A stretch of DNA of 64,000 nucleotides from an uncultured Actinomycetota bacterium (GCA_963798245.1 CAWCSO010000012.1:361358-425357); one strand, 5' to 3'; positions 29,901 through 40,021 are shown, numbered from the stretch's first letter. Translations and numbers: made by a program. Notes: generated from the sequence alone by a model not told the origin.

Positions 29901-30042
29901 TAACTTCTATGCGGCGCTGGAAGGTGCAGCCTTCCAACGGATTCGGGCGCCGTGGTGCCTGTCCCATCACCCGCAGAGTCCACCGACGACCGAAGAGGTA
30001 CTCGAACTCGCCCGGCGGGAACCGCAGGAGAGACTGCCGTAG
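26911..30042 (+). CDS. double ATPase: N-terminal P-loop ATPase + C-terminal HerA/DUF87 translocase (1043 aa)
   Basis: GPAGSGKT/LAIDQID and AGSGSGKT/LDPNND/LVMDEAQ/ARKYG/ATQ motifs. Confidence 0.85.
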   Translation: MDSAQREALAGLRLTWAPTADDLWHSQSSVHVRGLNDFALDDVHAAFTDAARHPESNPLGVVIRGPAGSGKTHLLGQVRERVQAEGGYFLLVELLDAASFWQSARGGVLESLGRPGGERDTQLKDLLWELSTIAHVSRADRRAIVGDVDVTPDILERFIAALHRQRRPVIRETHHTLRALVLLGAGELTLQDVGQAFLNGNDLGDADRTTWRLPSPTMTAQESVRHLSRIVALAGPAVLAIDQIDTLLAQSSDSTATGDRADNRDLEQVAHGLMSIRQTMRRTPAVVACLPSAWESIESRATASVADRFRVTAPLRPLPSAELGRAILERRFTSSYRVTGFTPPYPSWPILPKAFAEAPQFTPRELLKRADAHIRRCLDLDAVAELDTLTGQDDVFAGTDHSPQAPSSELDARFDDYRRRAVPVAALDPEGEDTTAPALLSAALDAWIAERGTDQAFRLDPPPGSRVVLHARLRQSLDPLTDDERHWAFRAIAATNAVAAQNRIKNACNAAGFGPKRQLFLLRNAPWPTGPKTAKLVEEFEAAGGRTVAVSDDDLRTMSALRDLMDDDDPGLVDWLTVRRPAHGLAVFRDALGDLVGESSPVHESAPAAESVAAEAPPRPHYPPVADTPNAVPLGIELHSDRTLSVDLSALRKHTVIFAGSGSGKTVLIRRLVEECALRGVSSIVLDPNNDLSRLGIAWPRRPDGWNDGDDQRAQEYLDNTEVVVWTPRRDAGRPLSFQPLPDFPAVVDDRDEFSDAVESAVAALEPRALISGNTPKANRSRAVLREALSYYGGHRSTTLQGFIDLLGHLPSDVSGLSDGTKLAAELAQNLRAATINDPLFGGGGTPADPGVLLTPTAGRRARVSVISMVGLTSAEQREGFVNQLQMALFAWIRQHPAGERPLGGLLVMDEAQNFAPSGRATTCLQSTLALSSQARKYGLGLVYATQAPRGLHNHVPGNAATQFYGLLNAPAQIAVAKEMARVKGGEVPDISKLQAGNFYAALEGAAFQRIRAPWCLSHHPQSPPTTEEVLELARREPQERLP

Positions 30043-30055
30043 CAGGGGCGTCCGG

Positions 30056-31532
30056 TCAGCCCAGCGAGGCCGTGCCGTCGGCGGCGACCGAGACCTTGGC
30101 GCCCGCGATGTCCTCTCTCACACTGGCTTCGGCGTCCTTCGGGTCGGTCAGCACCGCGAGCGCACGCGACTCGTCTGGGGTGCGTACCCCCACGAACGTC
30201 TTCTCGGGGTTGCCCTCCCGGGTGAACGGCGTCGTCCACGTCTCGATTGTGCCCACCCCCTTCCATGCGCTCTCGGCGACCCTGGTGGGCTCGGCGTCGA
30301 CCTCGGGTTGCACATCCTGCCAACGGAATTCATGGTCCGGCGGTGTGGCACCGTACACCCCGAAGCTGTGCTTGGTGAGGTACCCGCCGTTTGCGGTGAT
30401 GAGACCGACCTGACCGGGTTGCGCGGCGAGCCGTTCGGCCATCGTGGCGATCGAATGCGACACGTAGTTGTTCCACGGTCCACCGGCGAACGTCAGTCCA
30501 CCCGTGACCGTGAGCGGCCGATCCGCATCGTCCAGCGCCAGGCCGAGTTCGCGGGCCGCCACCTGAACCGCCGACGGGAAGCAGGAGTACACGTCAACCA
30601 GGCCGACGTCGTCGATGCCGTGCCCCGCGAGCTTCCAGGGCGCGGCGGCCGGCGATCCTGATCGCCGGCGACCGGTGGAACTCCGCCCGCTCGCCGATCA
30701 GATACGTGTCGTGCGCATCGGTTCCCGAGTATGGGAACACCCACCGGTCTCGCGGGATCTGCAAGGAGGTGGCCTTCTCCGCCGACGTCAGCACCAGTGC
30801 CGCTCCCTGATCGACCATGTTGTTGGAGTTCATCAGCTTGGTGTACGGCCAGCTGATCATCCGGTTGTCCGGGCTGGGCTGCCAGATCTCCTCGGCGGTC
30901 ACCGGGTCCCGGCTCCAGGCATGGGGATTGCGCTGCGCCACGGCGCTGAACCGGGCCCATAGCTCGCCGATTCGGAGTCGGTGATCCTGCGGCGTCTCCC
31001 CCGCATCGATGCGCACCGCCTGCTCGAACATGGGGTACACGTAGGCGGGTCGGTCGAGCTTGATGTGGATCTCGACGTCACCGGCCATCTGGAACTCGTC
31101 GTCGGCGCCGGGCGGGACGGGCACTGAGTCGTCCTGTTTGGTCCAGTCGAGCTTGCCGCCCTCGCGACGGACCCGCGTTCGGGTGCGCCAGGTTTCGGCA
31201 CCGGCGATCAGGACGGTGTCCAGACGTCCGCTCTGGATGTCCAGGCACGCCTGGTTCACCAGTGACTGCGGGACGTTGCCGCCGATGCTGGTGTAGCGGC
31301 TGTCGGCGTCGCCGGCGCGAATACGTTGCGCCAGGAGAAGTCCGGGGTTGCGGTAGCGCCAGGACAGCAGGTTGACGATGCGCACCGAGTCGACCGCCTC
31401 CAGGACCCGGGGGTCGGCCGCGGCGCGTGCGGCGGCTTCCATGAGGTCGACGGGCTCCACCGAGGGATCGGATTCGCGCTGGTTGACCTGGCCGTATCCG
31501 ACCAGTACGGGCGTTCGTGGATCGATGGTCAC
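30056..31532 (-). CDS. thiolase-like acetyl-CoA acetyltransferase (Rv1867-like), frameshifted near 30600-30630
   Basis: DPRTPVLVGYGQ, PYTKLMNS, YSCFPSAV, TGGLTFAGGPWNNY. Confidence 0.85.
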
Positions 31533-31546
31533 GTGTACGACTTCTC

Positions 31547-33005
31547 TCAGGCGGGGCTCTGGTCGGCCGGGCCCACCCGGTAGATCGACTTCAGGTTCTG
31601 GTACGCCGCCAGGCCTTCGGGGCCGAGCTCGCGACCCATGCCGCTGGCCTTGACCCCGCCGAACGGCGCCTGCCATGTCGAGTTGGTAGTCGTTGACGCC
31701 GATCGTTCCGGTCCGCACCTTCCTGGCGACGTCGGTCGCCCGCGCGGTATCGGTGGACCAGACGGTGCCGCCGAGCCCGAACTCCGAGTCGTTGGCGATG
31801 TCGATCGCGTCGTGGTCCGAGTCGTAGGGAATGACGGCAAGCACCGGGCCGAAGATCTCCTCCTGCGCGATGCGCGCCCTGTTGTCGACGTCGGCGAACA
31901 CGGTCGGTGAGACGAACCAACCCCTTGGCTGGTCGGCCGGAACAGAGCCTCCCGCAACGAGTTTGGCCCCTTCGGAGGTGCCGACCTCGATGTAGCTCAG
32001 CACCCGCTCGCGCTGGCGGGCGCTGACCAGGGGCCCGACGTGGGTGGCTCGGTCCAGCGGGTCACCGACGGTGAGCCCGTCGGCGAGCGCGGCGAGCGCG
32101 GCCACGACCTCGGCGTAGCGCGACCGCGGTGCGAGGACGCGCGAACTCAGGTGACAGGTCTGGCCATTGTTCACGAACGATGCGGAACGCAGCCCCTTCA
32201 TGGTGGCGTCGAGGTCGGCGTCGTCGAGGATGATGGCCGCGGACTTCCCGCCGAGTTCCAGTGTCACGGGCCGCATCAGGCGCCCGCACGTCTCGGCGAT
32301 GATTCGGCCCGCCGCGGTGGAGCCGGTGAACGCCACCTTGTCCACGCCGGGATGCGCCACCAGATGGGCGCCCGCCACCGGTCCGCCCGCGACGATGTTG
32401 AGCACCCCGGCCGGGAGTCCCGCCGCGTCGGCGGCCTCGGCGAAGATCAGGGCGTCCAGGGCGGTTTCGGGTGCCGCCTTGAGCACCATGGTGCAGCCCG
32501 CCGCGAGCGCGGGTGCGATCTTCATCGCTGCCAGCGCCTGCGGATAGTTCCACGGGGTGATCGCCCCGACGACACCGACGGGCTCCCGACGCACGATCGT
32601 ATGACCGATCATCGCGGGCCGGATCTCCTCGGTCGCGCTCGCAACGATCAGATCGGCGTAGTACCGAAGCAGTGCCGCCGGGAACGCACCGTTGGCGCCG
32701 CGGGACAGCCAGATGGGCATGCCGTTCTCGCGGGTGCACAACTCGTTGGTGTCCGCGGCGCGCGCGGTCAGCGCGTCGGCAATCCGGATCAGCACCTCGG
32801 CGCGATCGGCCGCCGGCGTCGAGCTCCATCCGTTGAGCGCGCCCCGCGCGGCGGCGACGGCATCGTCGATCTCGGATTCCGTTGCCGACGAGCCGTGGCC
32901 GAGGAGTTCGCCCGTGGCGGCCTCGAGCACCGGCTCGGTCTGGCTCGGGGCGCGGAATCGGCCACCCACGAACAACCTGGCCTCGACCAGCGACGTCATT
33001 GTCAT
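31547..33005 (-). CDS. aldehyde dehydrogenase, frameshifted near 31670
   Basis: PWNYP, FTGST, LELGGKS, GQTC, EEIFGPV; PFGGVKASG continues in another frame. Confidence 0.88.
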
Positions 33006-35407
33006 GATGGACTCCTCATCTCGTGGTTCGTCTTCTCTTGGCTGGCTTCCGGCCAACTGAACAGCACGCCGTCGGCGATGTGACGGTCGGTTTCATCGTC
33101 GCTCATGGACAGCACCTCGCGGCAGATCTGGCGGGTCTGTTCCCCCGGCATCGGCGCGGGGCGCAACGGGGCGTCGGGGATGTGCCGGTAGAGCGCGGGA
33201 TGGGTCTCGGTGGGCATCGGCGCGTCGAACAACGGGTGAACCATGTCGGTGTAGAGGGCACGACTGCGGAGCTGCGCGTCGGCCAGGACGTCGACGGCGC
33301 GGTTCATCGGCCCCGCGGGCACCCCGGCCGCCTGCAGCTCGACGGTGACCTCGGCCTTGCCGCGCCCGGCCGTCCAATCTTCCGCGAGTGCGACGAGTTC
33401 GGTGTCGCTGCTCGGCGGACCTGCCATGCCGAGGATGTCTGTAAGTGCGCGGCGGTGCGCATCCGAGGTGAGCGACACGACGCACCACTCGTCGTCACCG
33501 CGGCAGGGCAGCACCGCGTGCACGGCGTCGTCGGGTTCGGTCGGGAGCCCCTGCGCGCGGGCGGCCTGGGCGACGTAGGTGGCGGCGAGTTGGTTCACGG
33601 CGACCTCGGCCTGGGAGACGTGGACCCGCGACGCCGCACCGCTCGACCGTCGATGGATCAGGGCCGAAAGGGCGGCGATGGCGGTGATCCTGGCGGCAAC
33701 GTGGTCGGGAAAGACGGTGGTGGCATCGTAGAAGGCGCGATCGGCGTCGGCGTCACGACGATCGGTCCACAGGCTGCTGACGCCGGTAGTCGCGCGTACC
33801 AGTGGCCCGTAGCCCATCCTGGAACTCCACGGCCCGTCGGCACCGAACGCGCTGCTCTCGGCGATCACGATCCCCGGATTGACGGCACGCAGCGCGTCGT
33901 GGGAGAAGCCAAGGGATTCAAGCGTTCCGGGCTTGAAGTTGGCGAATACGGCATCGGATGCGGCGACGAGGCGCCGGAAGACGGCGCCACCATCCGCGTG
34001 GCGCAGATCGAGGCCGATACTGCGCTCGTTGCGGTGGGTCAGCGCCCACGACCGGCTCATCTGTTGGCCGGGCGGCGTCTGACGGAGTCCGTCGGGGTAG
34101 GCGGCACTCTCCACCTTGATGACGTCGGCGCCCATGTCGGCGAACAGGCGGCCGAGTTCGCCGCCTGCGACGATCACGCCGAGATCGAGTATCCGGAGGC
34201 CATCGAAGGGCATGGGCGTGATCGTCGTGGCACGGTCGGCGGGCGGTGGGGCCGCGGGGTCGGCGATCCAGACCGGCGCGTGCGCGGCAACCCCGGGGGC
34301 CGGCCACCGGAGTCCGGCGCGGCGGCCGTCGATGACGAACGGGCCGGTGGGCACGTCCACGCGCACATCGGAGGTCAGTTCGGCGTTGGTCAGGGCCCCC
34401 ACGTCGCGAAGGTGCGCCGATGCCAGCGCGTCGGCCGGGCTGAGCACCGCCGCGATGGGCACGCCGCGGGCCTGGCCCTCGGTGACGAGTTCCTCCATCG
34501 TGGCGTCGCGGAACAGGGCGGCGATGAGGGTGTTGATGTCCTCCGATGCCGCGTACCGCGCCGCGATGCTCTCGAACGCGGGGTCCGAGAATCGTTCGGG
34601 CTCGCCGAGCCAGGCCCGCATGCCCCGCCACTGTCGCGCCGACAGCAGGCAGATGCGGACATGGCCGTCACGGCAGGGGAACGTCGGGTAGATCTGCTGG
34701 TTTCTTGGCCTTCCGCGCCACAGTCGATGTGAGGGCTTCTGGCCGACGGCTGCCTGGCCCTCGGAGCCGAACGCCGGATCCAGCGACTGTACGACGGCCT
34801 CGAATCGCGAGAAGTCGATGAACTCCCCCCGACCGGTGCGCATCCGCTGCCACAGCGCGACGAGCACCGCCCACGCGGCCTGGACCGCGGCGGTCGCCGA
34901 GGCAATCCCGTCGGGGGGCGGCACGGGACGGCCGACGGTGGGCCCGGAACGCGACAGCGCGCTCGACATCGCGTAGAACACGGCGTCGGTGGCCTGCCGT
35001 CCGGCATAAGGGCCGGTCGCGCCGAAGTCGGTGACCAATAGGGCGACGACCGTCTCGAATCGGTTCGCGAGGGCCTCGCACGAGGTCCCGAACGCAGCAG
35101 CACCGCCGGGGAAGCCGCCATCGACGATGACGTCGGCCGACCGTGCGAGTTCCATGAAGTGGTCGCGGTCGCGCACGTCTTCGCCGTCGAGCACCGTGCA
35201 GCGCTTGTTGGCGTTGTCGAGAGCGAACGGGATGCTGAGGCCGGCCACGGTGGGCCGGCGGTCACGGGCGGGCGATCCGGTCGGCGGCTCCACCTTCAGA
35301 ACGTCCGCGCCGAGGTCGGCAAGGAGCCGGCCAACACCGTCTGACTGTGCGCCACCGAGGTCGAGCACACGCACCGGCGCCAAAAGCTGACACGTGTCAA
35401 GCGGCAT
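33002..35407 (-). CDS. tandem CaiB/BaiF family III CoA-transferase (Rv1866-like)
   Basis: two repeats of RVLDLG..LADLGADVLKVE. Confidence 0.9.
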   Translation of the reverse strand: MPLDTCQLLAPVRVLDLGGAQSDGVGRLLADLGADVLKVEPPTGSPARDRRPTVAGLSIPFALDNANKRCTVLDGEDVRDRDHFMELARSADVIVDGGFPGGAAAFGTSCEALANRFETVVALLVTDFGATGPYAGRQATDAVFYAMSSALSRSGPTVGRPVPPPDGIASATAAVQAAWAVLVALWQRMRTGRGEFIDFSRFEAVVQSLDPAFGSEGQAAVGQKPSHRLWRGRPRNQQIYPTFPCRDGHVRICLLSARQWRGMRAWLGEPERFSDPAFESIAARYAASEDINTLIAALFRDATMEELVTEGQARGVPIAAVLSPADALASAHLRDVGALTNAELTSDVRVDVPTGPFVIDGRRAGLRWPAPGVAAHAPVWIADPAAPPPADRATTITPMPFDGLRILDLGVIVAGGELGRLFADMGADVIKVESAAYPDGLRQTPPGQQMSRSWALTHRNERSIGLDLRHADGGAVFRRLVAASDAVFANFKPGTLESLGFSHDALRAVNPGIVIAESSAFGADGPWSSRMGYGPLVRATTGVSSLWTDRRDADADRAFYDATTVFPDHVAARITAIAALSALIHRRSSGAASRVHVSQAEVAVNQLAATYVAQAARAQGLPTEPDDAVHAVLPCRGDDEWCVVSLTSDAHRRALTDILGMAGPPSSDTELVALAEDWTAGRGKAEVTVELQAAGVPAGPMNRAVDVLADAQLRSRALYTDMVHPLFDAPMPTETHPALYRHIPDAPLRPAPMPGEQTRQICREVLSMSDDETDRHIADGVLFSWPEASQEKTNHEMRSPS

Positions 35408-35520
35408 GCCGAACAGTATCGTTGGGCCGCGTTCCGCCGTGCCACGGGGGTACCGCGGGGGCACCGGCGATGCTTCACGCGGACCGGGGCCGGCCGCATT
35501 CGCCGGTACACTTGGCGATC

Positions 35521-36285
35521 GTGCCCGATACCAGCGCCGTGGACGCGCCCGCCCACCCGCTGATCGGGCAACTCTCCGCTCTGCACCACTACCGCATCTA
35601 CGTCGACATCGGCGTCGTCATCGTGGTGCTGGCGCTGACCAATCTGATCGCGCACTTCACCACGCCGTGGGCGAACGTGGTCACCGTGCCCGCCGCCGCA
35701 GTCGGTCTCGTCGCGCTGGTCAGGTCACGCGGCCTGGGTTGGGCCGAGTTGGGCCTGGGTCGGGAACATTGGCGGGCCGGCGCCGGGTACGCCCTGGCCG
35801 CGGTGGCGCTCGTCGGCACGGTGATCGCGGTGGGCGCCGCGCTGCCGTGGACGCGGCCGATGTTCATGAACGACCATTACGCCACGGTGTCGGGCGCGCT
35901 GCTCGCCTCGATGATCATCATTCCGCTGCAAACCGTCATTCCCGAGGAACTGGCCTTCCGTGGCGTACTGCACGGCGCGCTCAACCGGGCCTGGGGATTT
36001 CGCGGCGTGGCGGCCGCGGGTTCGCTGCTGTTCGGGCTGTGGCACATCGCTACCTCCATGGGTCTCACCAGTAGCAACGTCGGGTTCACCAGGCTGTTCG
36101 GTGGAGGTGTCACCGGGATGGTCATCGGGGTGGTCCTCGCGGTGGTCGCCACCGGCGCGGCGGGATTCGTCTTCACGTGGCTGCGTGGGCGCAGCGGGAG
36201 CTTGATCGCACCAATCGCACTGCACTGGTCTCTGAACGGACTCGGTGCGCTCGCGGCGGCCGCGGTCTGGCACCTGTCGACCTAG
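35521..36285 (+). CDS. CPBP/Abi family intramembrane metalloprotease (Rv1863c-like)
   Basis: EELAFRG, FGLWH, HWSLN motifs. Confidence 0.9.
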   Translation: MPDTSAVDAPAHPLIGQLSALHHYRIYVDIGVVIVVLALTNLIAHFTTPWANVVTVPAAAVGLVALVRSRGLGWAELGLGREHWRAGAGYALAAVALVGTVIAVGAALPWTRPMFMNDHYATVSGALLASMIIIPLQTVIPEELAFRGVLHGALNRAWGFRGVAAAGSLLFGLWHIATSMGLTSSNVGFTRLFGGGVTGMVIGVVLAVVATGAAGFVFTWLRGRSGSLIAPIALHWSLNGLGALAAAAVWHLST

Positions 36286-36872
36286 CGCGACCCGCGACGT
36301 CGCCGGGCACGAAATTCCCGGTTCTTGAGTTTGTTGCCACATTCCGCCATGTCACACCAGGCGCCGCCGTGGTTTCGTGACCGGTCGTAGAACGCCCACC
36401 TGCATTCGTCGTTCGCACACGCCTTGAGGTGCGCCCATGTGCCGTCGCGCTGCGCGTCGAAGACGACGAGCAGCAGGCCGACCAGTCGGTCGCGGACCGT
36501 GTCGCCCACCGGCGCCAACGTCACGGCGCCCGATGCGGTGACGTCGGCGCGCACGCCCGCATGGGCCGCTACGGATCGCAGGGGCGCCATGCTCAGGGGA
36601 TCGGGCGTGGGGCCGCCGGCGTTGTCGATCACGAGGGCCCGCAGGCCTTCCCGGACTCCCACCAGCAGACTGAGTTCGTCGGTCGTGGGCGTGGTGCCGG
36701 AGCGGAGGAGGTCATTGGTGGCCAGCCACGGCGCCGCGTCGTGGGCCGACGCCAGCCGGTCCTGGCCGGACTCCCGGTCGAGGGTGTTGATCAGGGCCTG
36801 GACGCGACGCAGCGGACCGGGAGCGGGTTTCGTCTCCTCGTCGCCGGGCCATGCGGTGGTTGCGGACGGCAT
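36282..36872 (-). CDS. CGNR zinc-finger (ABATE-CGNR) protein
   Basis: CANDEC..FYDRSRN..WCDMAECGNK. Confidence 0.9.
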   Translation of the reverse strand: MPSATTAWPGDEETKPAPGPLRRVQALINTLDRESGQDRLASAHDAAPWLATNDLLRSGTTPTTDELSLLVGVREGLRALVIDNAGGPTPDPLSMAPLRSVAAHAGVRADVTASGAVTLAPVGDTVRDRLVGLLLVVFDAQRDGTWAHLKACANDECRWAFYDRSRNHGGAWCDMAECGNKLKNREFRARRRRGSR

Positions 36873-36891
36873 GGCACCAGCCTACGCCAAC

Positions 36892-36951
36892 ATGACCGGT
36901 AAAACAGTTTGACTAGTCATTAGTGACCGGTATAACCTTTACGAAGGTCAC
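36892..36951. promoter_or_regulatory. two tandem 29-bp imperfect palindromes, candidate CGNR-regulator operators
   Basis: ATGACCGGTAAAACAGTTTGACTAGTCAT (36892-36920) and GTGACCGGTATAACCTTTACGAAGGTCAC (36923-36951). Confidence 0.65.
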
Positions 36952-36953
36952 GA

Positions 36954-37448
36954 ATGGGAGAGGTTGACATGGCATCACGGCACGAACTCGGGCACGAAGA
37001 ACTCGGGTTCACGACGCTCGGGGACGACGTAAGCACTGCCGTGTGCCCGCAGCCGCCGTGGTCGGTTCGACTGCGCGCTCGCATGCTCGCGCAACGGTAT
37101 GACCGCGAGATCGAGGCCGGGGTGGTGGCCGATCCGGGCAGTCCACTGGCGGTGCACGGTGCGCGCCTCGCGTCGACAGGTGAACGCGACGATCTGATCC
37201 GCGCCCTACGACTCGTCGCGCACGGTGACGGCCCCGGACGCTCACGGGCGCCCGTCCGGTCCGACGAGGTTCGACGGAACATCGACCTGATCGGCCGCCT
37301 GTGCGAGCGACTCGCGGACCCGTTCCCGGTGCGTGTCCGCGGGATGGCCCGGTTGCGAATCCTGCTGTCCGACGGACGTGGCCCGCTGTATCGGGCGCGC
37401 CGCGGCACACTCGCCGCGGCGCTGCGCGGTGTGCTGGCGACGCTGTAG
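36954..37448 (+). CDS. hypothetical protein
   Basis: divergent ORF with C-terminal RGMARLRILLSDGRGPLY motif; plausible RBS gggagagg before alternative start 36969. Confidence 0.65.
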   Translation: MGEVDMASRHELGHEELGFTTLGDDVSTAVCPQPPWSVRLRARMLAQRYDREIEAGVVADPGSPLAVHGARLASTGERDDLIRALRLVAHGDGPGRSRAPVRSDEVRRNIDLIGRLCERLADPFPVRVRGMARLRILLSDGRGPLYRARRGTLAAALRGVLATL

Positions 37449-37451
37449 CGG

Positions 37452-37751
37452 CTAGCGCTTGCTCACCGCGCCGACGATGGACAACAGGATCACCGAGCCG
37501 AGGATCGCGGTGAACAGGGTGAACCACCAACCGCCCTCTGCCGTGTCCAGGAAGAAGCTCAAGAGGAAGCCGCCGATGAGCGCGCCGACGATTCCGATCA
37601 CCATGTTCATCAGGATTCCCGCGCCGCCACCCTTGACGATCTTTCCGGCGATCCAGCCGGCGATGGCGCCGATGATCACGTAGCCGATCCAGCCCACGCT
37701 CGTGACGGTGCTGGAGCGAGCCACGAATTCGGTAGCCGCAATCATGTCCAT
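37452..37751 (-). CDS. GlsB/YeaQ/YmgE (transglycosylase-associated) membrane protein (Rv1861-like)
   Basis: IIGAIAGWIAGKIV..IGIVGALIGG..TAILGSVILL. Confidence 0.88.
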   Translation of the reverse strand: MDMIAATEFVARSSTVTSVGWIGYVIIGAIAGWIAGKIVKGGGAGILMNMVIGIVGALIGGFLLSFFLDTAEGGWWFTLFTAILGSVILLSIVGAVSKR

Positions 37752-37884
37752 GACGAACTCCTGCCAGTCGGCGTCCAGCGGAATGCCGGACATCCCTTGG
37801 GTATACCCGGGGAGGGTAACGGTTGGGGTGCCGAAAGGAACACGATCGGCGAACCGTCGATGAGCCGGAGAACTGCGGGAGAAC

Positions 37885-38961
37885 CTATGCCGGTGGCAGC
37901 ATCTCCGGCGGCGCGTCGGTTACCGGCACCGGAACACCCACGGCGGGCCGTGGCGGCGGCGCATTGGGATCCGGTGGCGGGGCGTTCGGATCCGGTGGCG
38001 GCGCGTTCGGGTCCGGCGGCGCGTTGGGGTCCGGTGGCGGCGGCGGGGGCGGGGCCGTCCAGGGTCGGATCGACTGCGCCAACGCGACGGCAGCACCCTT
38101 GTCCACCGGATTGTTCGCGGTACCGAGCCACACGACGAACCACCGATCGGGTTCGCGTTGCCCGCGTGGCGCTCCCGCGGGGGGCGTCGAGCCCACCACG
38201 CCGGCCCAGATCTGACCCGTCGGCTTGGTCTCGTCGGTGAACTTCACGTCATACGACGAGAACGCACCCGGCATGCCGTCCGCGTCGAGGGGTCCCGCCT
38301 CCTGGTTGATACGAGTTCCGGCGAAGGGCATGAAGAACTCGCCCATGTCGGACGCGAGCCGCGTGGCGGCCTTGGCGTTATCGGCTTCTGCGCCGGCGAA
38401 CAGCTTCAGATCCAGCCGACCCAGCAGCACGCTGGTGTCGGTCGGCGACTGCTCGGAGCCCGGGGGCGGGATCTTGGTCAACAGGGCCTGCCCGTACGAC
38501 AGCTGGGTCTGCTCGGAGAGCTTCCAGCCCTCGGGTACGACATAGCTGAAATCGCCCGCGGCGTTGTCGACGCGGCCCGGCTCCGGCGGCGGTGGTGCGT
38601 TCGGGTCCGCTGGCGGTGCGTTCGGGTCCGGTGGCGGTGGTGGCGCGTTCGGGTCCGGTGGCGGCGGCGGTGCGTTCGGGTCCGGTGGCGGCGGCGGTGC
38701 GTTCGGGTCCGGCGGCGGTGGTGGCGCATTCGGGTCCGGCGGCGGTGGTGGTGCGTTCGGGTCCGGCGGCGGTGGTGGTGCGTTCGGGTCCGGCGGCGGG
38801 GCCGGGACCGTCGGCGATGGCGGCGGGGGCGGTGGCACCGGGTCCGCGTACGCGATGACGGGAATGGCGAGTGTCACCGCAGTGGTGCTTGCGACCACGG
38901 CGATCGCCAGAGTCCTGGCAAGGCTGTTGCGTCGTCGCCTGCTGGCATCGGGGTGTTGCAT
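37885..38961 (-). CDS. apa: alanine/proline-rich secreted fibronectin attachment protein (Apa/FAP/ModD)
   Basis: signal peptide; [27 protein letters not shown] and RWFVVWLG fibronectin-binding motif. Confidence 0.93.
   Translation of the reverse strand: MQHPDASRRRRNSLARTLAIAVVASTTAVTLAIPVIAYADPVPPPPPPSPTVPAPPPDPNAPPPPPDPNAPPPPPDPNAPPPPPDPNAPPPPPDPNAPPPPPDPNAPPPPPDPNAPPADPNAPPPPEPGRVDNAAGDFSYVVPEGWKLSEQTQLSYGQALLTKIPPPGSEQSPTDTSVLLGRLDLKLFAGAEADNAKAATRLASDMGEFFMPFAGTRINQEAGPLDADGMPGAFSSYDVKFTDETKPTGQIWAGVVGSTPPAGAPRGQREPDRWFVVWLGTANNPVDKGAAVALAQSIRPWTAPPPPPPPDPNAPPDPNAPPPDPNAPPPDPNAPPPRPAVGVPVPVTDAPPEMLPPA
38590..38800 (-). repeat. 24-bp tandem repeat encoding (PPPPPDPNA-like)n within apa
   Basis: about 8 copies of gcgttcgggtcc-containing units; shorter related array near 37955-38050. 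Confidence 0.9.
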
Positions 38962-39343
38962 GGGGAAGAAACTACCGTGTTACCGCCGTGACGCAAGTGT
39001 GAGTTGCTCTTAGAGTGTCGAACGCCGAAGTTGCTGTGACCGAATAGTCCATGCCAGAGGCGCATGCGGCGACTTGCTGGCACGACAGAACCCCGCGGGG
39101 CCTCAGCCGCGGGGGCCGGCGCCGTCTCAGTCGGCGTCCCAGACGTCGTTAGCGCGACGTCGTCGGCTTCATCGCGGCGGTCCGAGGTGCCGTTACGGCG
39201 CTTCGAGTCCCGGCCATGGTGTAGACCCCGAGTCACGGGCGTCACAGTTGACGGATCGCGCGCGTGGCGGGTTTCGCCTCCAAGCTACTGTCCAGTAACA
39301 TTACCCACGACTCGCTGGGTTCAGCGTCGAACACGAGGAGGTC

Positions 39344-40021
39344 GTGGTTATGGATGTGCTGCTCACCGGCGGTGACACCGAACTTGGACGCACCATCGCG
39401 GAGGGATTCCGGGATGACGGCCACAAGGTCGTGATCGCAGGCGCTAGCCGCGACGACCTCGAAGTCAACGCCAAGGAACTCGACGTCGACTGCATCGTCT
39501 TCGACAACACCGACGCAGGGAGCCTCGAAGGTGCCCGCGGTCAGTTCCCCCAGCACATAGACACCATCGTGAACGTGCCATCTCCGCGATTCAGCGCCGG
39601 CGACCCGCGAACCCACACGCTTGCCGAACAGGCCGCGGCGTGGCGCAACTCGCTCGACGCCACCCTGTTGTCGGCAGTGCTGACCGTGCAGATACTCGGC
39701 GACCACCTCCGTTCGGGCGGTTCGATCGTCAACGTGGTGTCGGAGAACCCCACCGACGGCAGCCCGGAGGCCGCGATCAAGGCCGCCATGTCGAACTGGA
39801 CGGCGGGCCAAGCCGCCCACTTCGGCATCCGCGGCATCACGGTCAACACGGTGGCCGCGGGCAGGGCCGTCGAGCCCGGCTACGACGGCATCGCCCTCAC
39901 GTCGCCGTCCGTCGCTGCCGAGATCACGCGGCTGGCGCTGTTTCTCACCACTCCCTCGGCCCGACACATCACCGGCGAAACGCTGCACGTCAGCCACCGT
40001 GCGCTGGCCAACTTCGCCTGA
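39344..40021 (+). CDS. SDR family oxidoreductase (Rv1856c-like)
   Basis: VLLTGGDTELG, GITVNTVAAG, HITGETLHV. Confidence 0.85.
   Translation: MVMDVLLTGGDTELGRTIAEGFRDDGHKVVIAGASRDDLEVNAKELDVDCIVFDNTDAGSLEGARGQFPQHIDTIVNVPSPRFSAGDPRTHTLAEQAAAWRNSLDATLLSAVLTVQILGDHLRSGGSIVNVVSENPTDGSPEAAIKAAMSNWTAGQAAHFGIRGITVNTVAAGRAVEPGYDGIALTSPSVAAEITRLALFLTTPSARHITGETLHVSHRALANFA

Noticed and set aside
30594-33056. 820-aa ORF that looks like an ALDH-thiolase fusion
   Set aside because: A frameshift near 31670 joins the two genes; the true ALDH C-terminus (PFGGVKASG) is in another frame with its own stop at 31547.
38590-38800. Possible CRISPR-like array
   Set aside because: In-frame coding repeats of apa with no unique spacers; no cas genes in the window.
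38874-39245. 123-aa ORF upstream of apa
   Set aside because: No recognisable motif or RBS, and it overlaps the apa start out of frame.
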